This document shows, piece after piece, positions 1-6,464 of a DNA stretch of 35,128 nucleotides. The stretch is taken from positions 1 through 35,128 of IMG/VR virus record IMGVR_UViG_3300025390_000022. One strand, given 5' to 3'. The notes under the pieces are model-generated. The model saw only the letters and a program-made list of their open reading frames with translations. It made no database searches and was not told the DNA's origin. This DNA is from a virus. Lineage: Duplodnaviria; Caudoviricetes. The stretch's first letter is position 1. Each line of letters begins with the position of its first letter. A program made the translations under genes and the position numbers.

Positions 1-323
1 AGTGGATTTGATCTGCCATATCTGTTGAGATTGGTGGCTGTTTGCTTGGCCTTGAGTGCTGGGCTGTGCATGGGATTGTGCACGCCGTGATTGGCAAATG
101 TGGTTTGACTGATTTTGGCACGTGTAGCTGGGTCCTGCGCCGGATGATCCACCCCACGCCTCACTTGGTTAGTGGCAATCACACTCTGTTTGAACTGTGC
201 AGTCTTGCTGTAATGGCTTGTGCCAAAGCGCCTCAAACTGGTGGTCTTGACTTGTTCTCTGTGTGACTGTGTCTGTGTGTGATGTACCACACCTCTGCGC
301 ATGATATTGGTTGCTTGGATTTT
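1..323 (-). repeat. Tandem 23-aa protein repeat (4 full copies + 1 partial)
   Basis: KIQATNIMRRGVVHHTQTQSHRE / QVKTTSLRRFGTSHYSKTAQFKQ / SVIATNQVRRGVDHPAQDPATRA / KISQTTFANHGVHNPMHSPALKA / KQTATNLNRYGRSNP, with T and G conserved in register. Confidence 0.8.
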
Positions 324-587
324 GCTTTGGCTATACACGGCTGTGCAGCGCTTGCTGCAATAGGTCCTGTATTCCCGACGATCTGCATGCCATGCCAGAC
401 CATTGCCACAGGCACACTGTGGTATTGGCTGATTGTGCATGGCATGCCAAATGATCTGTCGAGGATTTGAAATATCCAATGCCGCAGCAATGTCTGCAAA
501 TGTCTGACTATATTGGCTGGAATCCAACTGTGTGATCATGAGTTTCTTCAGTGACCACAGTCTATCACAGTCTGCCAGCAGTGTCAT
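1..587 (-). CDS. Putative free-standing homing endonuclease-like protein (Zn finger + 23-aa repeats), runs off the left edge
   Basis: Not in the ORF track; translated by hand from ATG at 587: MTLLADCDRLWSLKK...PQCACGNGLAWHADRREYRTYCSKRC...TNLNRYGRSNP, open for 195 codons. CxC...YCSxxC motif, then 23-aa repeats of the KxxxTNxxRYGxxNP type seen in phage Hef/Vsr-like endonucleases. SD AAAGGA and GCTAAATA upstream. The nuclease domain itself would lie outside the window. Confidence 0.7.
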   Translation of the reverse strand, partial: MTLLADCDRLWSLKKLMITQLDSSQYSQTFADIAAALDISNPRQIIWHAMHNQPIPQCACGNGLAWHADRREYRTYCSKRCTAVYSQSKIQATNIMRRGVVHHTQTQSHREQVKTTSLRRFGTSHYSKTAQFKQSVIATNQVRRGVDHPAQDPATRAKISQTTFANHGVHNPMHSPALKAKQTATNLNRYGRSNP

Positions 588-606
588 GCCAAATCCTTTT
601 GTATAT

Positions 607-614
607 TATTTAGC
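607..614 (-). promoter_or_regulatory. Late promoter-like GCTAAATA
   Basis: Intergenic, 19 nt upstream of ATG 587; same 8-mer at 9444 and 25113; resembles T4 late TATAAATA. Confidence 0.65.
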
Positions 615-637
615 AGGACACAGCATAGATCAAGCTG

Positions 638-2488
638 CTATTCGTCTGTGGTTTTGGCAGATGCAGCTATTGGTTCTTCTCTATTGGCCTGATTGGCCAT
701 GTCATTTTCCGTTTGGCGAGTGTAGCTGGGCATGGCACCATGCATGATCAATATGTCGTCTCTGATATTTTGGTTGCGTTTCTCTATGTTGAGTATGCGA
801 GTAAATGAATTCGTTATTGCCGCAGTATAATATGCAAATGGGTTTGGTGTTTCGCTGCGACTCTCATCAAATTGCAGTCCTATCTGGCTCAGCTGCAGCA
901 GTGCTTGGCATTTCATTTCCTCTATGTACGTGTTGCCTGTGAGATATACCTTGCCGTTCCTGCGCGCCACAAAACAGCCGTGTTCAGTCTCCGGACACCA
1001 AACTCGGCCGTTATACTGAGTGGTTGGCTCATTTGGGTGGTGCGCCTTGCCGCGGCCTGACCCTGGACCGCGTGAATTTCTACCGTTTCTTTTACCACCA
1101 TGGAAATCAATGCATTCCACTCGTGTGGTATTTCTTCGTTCTGAGAATAAATTCACCTGATAGAAAGTTGAAGTTGTGCCGTATGACTGATGATCTAATA
1201 CCAGATGATGGTTGGTCTTGATACCTGCAAGTGTGCACAGAACCTGCAGCATGTCTATGCCATCTTTGCTCTTCTGCACATAGCGTCTTGGTCCATTTAC
1301 TCGCCATCTGTCACTGTCGATCATTGTGTTGATTAGCAATTGTCGCTGATCATTGGTCAGTGATAATACAAAATCCATGGTGAGATTCTTGTTTGGTAAT
1401 AATTTTGCAATCGTGCGAGAATCTTCACCGGACACAGCAAAGGCTATGTTCTTATTTCTTGGTATTGATTCACTGAACTTATATCCAAGCTTAATCAAAC
1501 AGTTGCGTATTCGATCTGCTTTTGATCTAGAATTTTGGTAGATAGTGATGTGTTTGATACCCTTTTCGTTTGATTCGTAGCAACCTTCTGTCACTATCCA
1601 ACCTACTAGCTCAACCAAGCAGTCTTCATATATGCCAGATCCATCTTCTACTGCATCTCCCATCAGTATTACCCTGTCAGATTCCATGAGATGCTCAGCT
1701 TTTACCAGCCCTCTTTCAGTAACCAGCTTGTGGTTTGGTGTTATCAACGCATCCATGCCACGTGCTGTGAGACGGTGCATGAGACCGTCATACTGCCCAC
1801 GATATATGCTTTTGATGCTGCTCCAAGTGAGCGAACCATCTGAGTATGATAGGATTGTGTCATCTTCACAAATGTCGTCTATGCTTAACCAACCTCTTTT
1901 GGTCAATGCTTCTGTGGCCGTGTCTACACAATAGCCCCTCCAGTTGCCTCTGTGACCATAGCGCTCTACCAGTTTCATAAACATCATGGCCAGTTTGTTG
2001 GTCATCTTGCCATGTGTCACAGCAAAATGTCCATTCTCCAGCCCGCCCTGCCAGTGGCTCTTGCCCACACACATGAATGCACCATCTCTGAACACAAAAT
2101 GTTGAAATGGCGGAAAGTTGCATTTCATGTGACGTTCGGCAGTGGTCTTGGCCTTGGCAGCACGTTCTTGGTTGATGGGTATGTGATCAAAGGTCATGAT
2201 GCGTATCACAATGTCTTCCACGGGCACATGTTCCAGTGTCAGTGAGACCACTGGATTGCGTATGCCTTGGGCGATCTGTGCCTTGCGGCTGGCTGCTGTC
2301 AGCTGTTCCAATTTGGCATGTCTAGCGGCGGAGAGCTTGTCCTCAGTGACCATGGCAAGATCGGTGACTATGAAATCATAATTGGCATATCGCATGTCTG
2401 TGAATTCACAATAGCTGGATTTGCTGCGATGTATTTCTTCCAGCAGATCCTTGTTGGTCAGATATTTGATCTTGGTCACTGGGGCCAT
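638..2488 (-). CDS. gp55: T4 gp55-like late-transcription sigma factor, intein-containing (616-aa precursor, 283 aa after splicing)
   Basis: N-terminal YLTNKDLL; after removing the intein it reads NWRGY-TYIEEMKCQALLQLSQIGLQFDESRSETPNPFAYYTAAITNSFTRILNIEKRNQNIRDD, matching the gp55-family YTY..EM and FD...S.NPFAY.T motifs. SD GAGGTG at 2497-2502. Confidence 0.88.
   Translation of the reverse strand: MAPVTKIKYLTNKDLLEEIHRSKSSYCEFTDMRYANYDFIVTDLAMVTEDKLSAARHAKLEQLTAASRKAQIAQGIRNPVVSLTLEHVPVEDIVIRIMTFDHIPINQERAAKAKTTAERHMKCNFPPFQHFVFRDGAFMCVGKSHWQGGLENGHFAVTHGKMTNKLAMMFMKLVERYGHRGNWRGYCVDTATEALTKRGWLSIDDICEDDTILSYSDGSLTWSSIKSIYRGQYDGLMHRLTARGMDALITPNHKLVTERGLVKAEHLMESDRVILMGDAVEDGSGIYEDCLVELVGWIVTEGCYESNEKGIKHITIYQNSRSKADRIRNCLIKLGYKFSESIPRNKNIAFAVSGEDSRTIAKLLPNKNLTMDFVLSLTNDQRQLLINTMIDSDRWRVNGPRRYVQKSKDGIDMLQVLCTLAGIKTNHHLVLDHQSYGTTSTFYQVNLFSERRNTTRVECIDFHGGKRNGRNSRGPGSGRGKAHHPNEPTTQYNGRVWCPETEHGCFVARRNGKVYLTGNTYIEEMKCQALLQLSQIGLQFDESRSETPNPFAYYTAAITNSFTRILNIEKRNQNIRDDILIMHGAMPSYTRQTENDMANQANREEPIAASAKTTDE
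932..1930 (-). mobile_element. Intein (333 aa, residues 187-519) with a LAGLIDADG-type homing endonuclease domain
   Basis: Block A CVDTATEALTKRGW; block B LITPNHKLV; block C LVGWIVTEG; block E LINTMIDSDR; block F YNGRVWCPETEHGCFVARRNG; block G YLTGN followed by +1 Thr. Confidence 0.93.
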
Positions 2489-2598
2489 GTGCCGTTCACC
2501 TCATTGGGCATGCGTGTATTGCACACACGACTGCAAATGTGTATCAACAGCGTGGTGTAAGTCAATTTTGCTCATGAAATCTTTGGTGGTTTTTTGCA

Positions 2599-2637
2599 CC
2601 ATAAATAGCTGTAGATGGAGCATCAGACTATTTATGG
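2599..2637. promoter_or_regulatory. Inverted repeat carrying face-to-face ATAAATA late-promoter motifs and overlapping GGAG and the ATG at 2634
   Basis: CCATAAATAG (2599-2608) is the exact reverse complement of CTATTTATGG (2628-2637); inner GATG-GAG-CATC stem. Confidence 0.7.
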
Positions 2638-3446
2638 CAGAGGACATCGGCCAATTTGGCCGCACTGACACATCATCCACGCCCAGTAGCGATGCCTTTG
2701 GTCGCAGAGTTCGTCTGCGACCCAAACCTGCTGCTGTTTCGCAGATCTATGGCCTCAGTGGGCTCTTACAGCCTTTGAAAACCACCAACGGCATGATATG
2801 GCCCTATCAGCCCACAATCACCTATGATGCACAGGTAGACTATGCCAACATAGAGTTGGTACATGTGAATCAGGAAATATTGGCCTATACCAAAACTCCT
2901 TCTGTCAAGCTCACTGTGGCTGGTGCATACAGCGTACAGAATCAACAAGAAGGTATCTATGCACTGGCCTGTATTCATTTCCTGCAAACAGTGACCAAGA
3001 TGTACTTTGGCAGCAGTGGTGACAACAATGGCACGCCACCGCCTGTGCTGCTGTTTGATGCCTATGGTCAGTACATGTTCAATGCCTTGCCTGTGCTGGT
3101 GACCAGTTTTAGTGTTGAGCTCAATAACGACATCGACTACGTGCCAATAAACCTAGCCAACATACAGACCTATACTGCACTGCAGGCCCAGACCAATAGT
3201 GTGGGCTACAGCCGGCTGCAGACCACCACACAGATGACTTCCAATGGCGATGCCAGAAACGCAGCCTATGTGGCCAGCAGAATATTTCAGCAGAGCCTAC
3301 AGAGCACAGAAGGCTACATCTGGCTGCCCAGTGTGTTCAGCATCACGGTGGGCCTCACTGTGCAAAACACCGCAGCAAGACTGCGCAGTTTCAATCTGGA
3401 TTCCTTCCGCACTGGCCAATTGATGAAAGGAGGTGGTTGGATATGA
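2634..3446 (+). CDS. Putative baseplate tube-initiator/tail-tube-fold protein (gp48/gp54-like), 270 aa
   Basis: Start moved to ATG 2634 (MAEDIG) after the late motif. WPYQPTI, HFLQTVTKM.FG, GTPPPVLLFDAYGQYMFNALPVLVTSFSV motifs; lies just before the gp53-like gene. Confidence 0.6.
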   Translation: MAEDIGQFGRTDTSSTPSSDAFGRRVRLRPKPAAVSQIYGLSGLLQPLKTTNGMIWPYQPTITYDAQVDYANIELVHVNQEILAYTKTPSVKLTVAGAYSVQNQQEGIYALACIHFLQTVTKMYFGSSGDNNGTPPPVLLFDAYGQYMFNALPVLVTSFSVELNNDIDYVPINLANIQTYTALQAQTNSVGYSRLQTTTQMTSNGDARNAAYVASRIFQQSLQSTEGYIWLPSVFSITVGLTVQNTAARLRSFNLDSFRTGQLMKGGGWI

Positions 3447-3751
3447 CACAGGTCACCTACACTCCCCAGAGTACCTATTATCAAACTCCACAGATCAGCA
3501 ACTATGTCAGCTATTTGGATTTCTGGAATGGGCAATATATTCTACCTCAGGGATCTGACAGCATCTATCAAATACCTGGTGTATACAACCATAGACCAGA
3601 TCTTCTCAGCTATGAACTCTACGGAACCAGCCAACTTTGGTGGGTGTTTGCCCTGCGCAACCCCAATCAGCTGTTGGACCCTGTGTGGGATTTTGTCAGT
3701 GGTCTGACCATTTACATACCCAGCAAGGAAACTTTGACAAGGTATGGCTGA
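3443..3751 (+). CDS. gp53: Baseplate wedge protein, gp53/LysM-like, 102 aa
   Basis: RPDLLSYELYGTSQLWWVFALRNP signature; ATGA overlap with the upstream stop. Confidence 0.8.
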   Translation: MTQVTYTPQSTYYQTPQISNYVSYLDFWNGQYILPQGSDSIYQIPGVYNHRPDLLSYELYGTSQLWWVFALRNPNQLLDPVWDFVSGLTIYIPSKETLTRYG

Positions 3752-6378
3752 TGGCGGGTCCCACTACATATACCAAAGTGGTCAACGGGGTCACAACCAC
3801 TATCACTGCAGAGGAATACAACGCTAGAAAAGCTGCACTGAACACGCAAGCCGACCAGTTAAGAAATTCTCTCCGCACACCAGCAGCGCAAGACACACAG
3901 GCCATCACAGCTGTTTCAGCAGCTCAAGCCACACAGGCCATCGCAGCTGTGGACCCTGTGAAATTGGACCAAAACACCACAGCTGTGACACAGACAGCTA
4001 GGTCTGCTGTGGATCGATTCACAGATCCCAGCAAGCTACCAGTTGATTCCATTGCCGCACTGGGTCAAGCTGGGCACACAGCCAGGCTGCTGCCAAACAA
4101 CAGCTTTGACAACATTGCCAGAGCGCAGGGTCTGAATTTTGCTCCAGAGCCCAATCCTCTGAACCAGTATGCCAACTATACCTATCACATTCGTTGGTTC
4201 ATGACTTCAGTGGATGAAAGCTACAACAACATTGGTGGCACCAATCCCAACAGCAGCAACATGGCCAAGACCGTAATAGCTGAAAGTGGAGTCACAGCAG
4301 GCTTCAACATTACGGAGCTGCATATACATGCCGCCTGCACTACCAGCAATGAAAAGCGCAACATGTGGTCTCTGACAGAGATTGACCTTGTGCTGCACGA
4401 ACCTCTGGGTCTCAGCCTCCTGGACAAGATCTACTATTCGGCACAGCAGATTGGCATTCGCAATCATCTGCGCTGCCCATACTTCCTAGAGGTATGGTTC
4501 AATGGTTATAATGAAGATGGCAGCCTTGCAGCCAACAACTTGTATTACAACATCTATAGGATCAATTTTCAAGATGTTGATGCCAATGCCACTCATGTGG
4601 GCACCATTTACAATATCAAATTCTACGCTGACAACAGCACAGGCGAATCCAATCAGCTGGCCATACCAGCAGCTGGTATCAATGTGCCTGCCAACAATCT
4701 TGGAGCATTTTTTGATGATCTGACCATTGCACTCAATGCCCAACCGCCACAATCCAATAATGATGGTATCAAACGCACAGTATATAAATTTCAATATCCC
4801 AACACTTGGAAAAACTGGTCCATGCGGCCCAAAGATCCAGATCGACATGTGTCTCGCAATGAATCAGTGAATGCAGCGGATGCTGCACTGGGCACAGGGT
4901 CGGTTATCAAAATAGCCTCTGGACAGGCCATAGAAACCATCATCAACAATGCAGTTTACAGCTGCAAGGAAGCACAGGATTTCATCACAGGCAACAATGG
5001 AGGCAGCACCGGCGGTGCCAGTTTTGGTGAGCATGCGCTGATAGGCTATGTGGCAGTGCGTGCAGTGACCAAGTTGATTTCAGTTGATCCTGTGTCTGGT
5101 GATTACACACGCGAAATCACCTATGTGATGTGGCGTGCAGAAAGCCTCAAAAGCTACACAGACCCTCAGGCTGTGAAAGATGCCAGCACACCACAAATAC
5201 AGTCCAACAAATTGCAGTATATGGTGCAAAAGAAGCGCCTAAACAAAAGATACGATTACATCTACACAGGTCTCAACACAGAAGTGGTGTCTTTTGACTT
5301 CAAAGTCAACATGACATACATGTTTGCAAATCCTGCCTGGGCGCAGGCCAATGCCTATGGCCAGTATGCCACTCCGGCCTTGGTAAACGAAGGCAGTGTG
5401 GGTCGCGCACAGCAGACTCAGACTCTGCCTCAGGAAAAGGTTCCTGCCAATACCATTGACGCTGTGAAACCAGACTCTGTGTCTCCAGCCAATGCCATCA
5501 CTACGGCTGTGGGCACAGCCCCCGCCAATGCAGCGACCAATTTGCTCACCAGGGCAGGCACAGCGATTACCAATGTGATTAAAAACACCACCAATCAGCT
5601 GGCCGCTGCCAGTGTGAACATACCACTCAATGCCAGTCCCGGACAGCTGGCAGGCTATCAGGCTCTGCTCAATGCGCAGGGGAAAACTGCTGCTGCGCAA
5701 CTGGTGCAAACTCAGCGCAACTACTTGGCAAGCAAGCAGAGCCGGCTCACTGCATATGCGGAAGATGCCAAAAACAATCCAGCTGCAACACCCCCCTTGC
5801 CGCTGGTGGCCACATTTCCCAATGAACCATTGACACAGAATGCTCAGCAGAACACTGACCAGATCAAAGTACCTGTCGATACTGATGCCTTGGCAAATCC
5901 CAGTGGCACTGGATTTGTTGCTGCTGTGATGGGAAACCTTTTTGCAGCAGGGCCCGCTGAATTTATGAATATAGAAATCACTGTGCGAGGCGATCCCTGG
6001 TGGATTCCCACCAGCAACATCAGTCAAAATGATCGTGCGCTGGAGCTCACAGGCAACAACACCAATAAATCTGCCAACAGCAATCAGCTACAGGCAGATT
6101 TTCTTGCTGGTGACAATGCTTTCTTGTTGCAGCTCAGACCGGGGGTGGTCATTGATGAAAGCACAGGGTTGGCAGTGACAGATGGCAATGGGTCTGATTT
6201 TTTCAAAGGCATATATGTGTTGTACGAAGTGGACTGTCAATTTGTTGGTGGTAAATTCACACAGCTGCTGAAGGCCTACAAGGACGTGCTGAGCCAAAAC
6301 CCCATACCCAATCAAACCACTGTGGGCACAGCTTCTGGCACTGCAGCTGCAGCATCCACTAGAGCGCAGGCTTTTTGA
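3751..6378 (+). CDS. Putative baseplate hub protein (gp27/gpD-like), 875 aa
   Basis: TGATG coupling at 3749-3753. NPLNQYANYTYH, IEITVRGDPWW and C-terminal FKGIYVLYEVDCQFVGGKFTQLL motifs; lies between gp53-like and gp5-like genes. Confidence 0.65.
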   Translation: MAGPTTYTKVVNGVTTTITAEEYNARKAALNTQADQLRNSLRTPAAQDTQAITAVSAAQATQAIAAVDPVKLDQNTTAVTQTARSAVDRFTDPSKLPVDSIAALGQAGHTARLLPNNSFDNIARAQGLNFAPEPNPLNQYANYTYHIRWFMTSVDESYNNIGGTNPNSSNMAKTVIAESGVTAGFNITELHIHAACTTSNEKRNMWSLTEIDLVLHEPLGLSLLDKIYYSAQQIGIRNHLRCPYFLEVWFNGYNEDGSLAANNLYYNIYRINFQDVDANATHVGTIYNIKFYADNSTGESNQLAIPAAGINVPANNLGAFFDDLTIALNAQPPQSNNDGIKRTVYKFQYPNTWKNWSMRPKDPDRHVSRNESVNAADAALGTGSVIKIASGQAIETIINNAVYSCKEAQDFITGNNGGSTGGASFGEHALIGYVAVRAVTKLISVDPVSGDYTREITYVMWRAESLKSYTDPQAVKDASTPQIQSNKLQYMVQKKRLNKRYDYIYTGLNTEVVSFDFKVNMTYMFANPAWAQANAYGQYATPALVNEGSVGRAQQTQTLPQEKVPANTIDAVKPDSVSPANAITTAVGTAPANAATNLLTRAGTAITNVIKNTTNQLAAASVNIPLNASPGQLAGYQALLNAQGKTAAAQLVQTQRNYLASKQSRLTAYAEDAKNNPAATPPLPLVATFPNEPLTQNAQQNTDQIKVPVDTDALANPSGTGFVAAVMGNLFAAGPAEFMNIEITVRGDPWWIPTSNISQNDRALELTGNNTNKSANSNQLQADFLAGDNAFLLQLRPGVVIDESTGLAVTDGNGSDFFKGIYVLYEVDCQFVGGKFTQLLKAYKDVLSQNPIPNQTTVGTASGTAAAASTRAQAF

Positions 6379-6434
6379 TGAAGGAAAAACTGCTGAGCCA
6401 GTGGAGCTTTTGATCTCAGATCAGCTGCGCATGC

Positions 6435-6442
6435 TATAAATT
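6435..6442 (+). promoter_or_regulatory. Possible late promoter TATAAATT
   Basis: 7/8 match to T4 TATAAATA, intergenic, 22 nt before ATG 6465. Confidence 0.45.
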
Positions 6443-6464
6443 ACTGTTACTCGCAAGGTGCACA

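Noticed and set aside
42-499. Short ORFs 42-266, 233-499 and 279-470 in the track
   Set aside because: Explained by the open minus-strand frame from 587, which has an SD, a promoter motif, a Zn finger and repeats.
2535-2565. Minus-strand TTGACT as a -35 element for the sigma gene
   Set aside because: No convincing -10 at 16-18 nt spacing; plausible but unsupported.
2421-2633. Track's N-terminal extensions (starts 2421, 3637, 24444, 33614)
   Set aside because: They overlap neighbouring genes or promoters; downstream ATGs with coupling or SD signals (2634, 3751, 24510, 33788) fit better.
5239-6027. 262-aa minus-strand ORF and similar long antisense ORFs (18213-18911, 20592-21308, 25190-25897, 32133-33065)
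   Set aside because: All lie opposite well-supported plus-strand genes and have no recognisable protein features.
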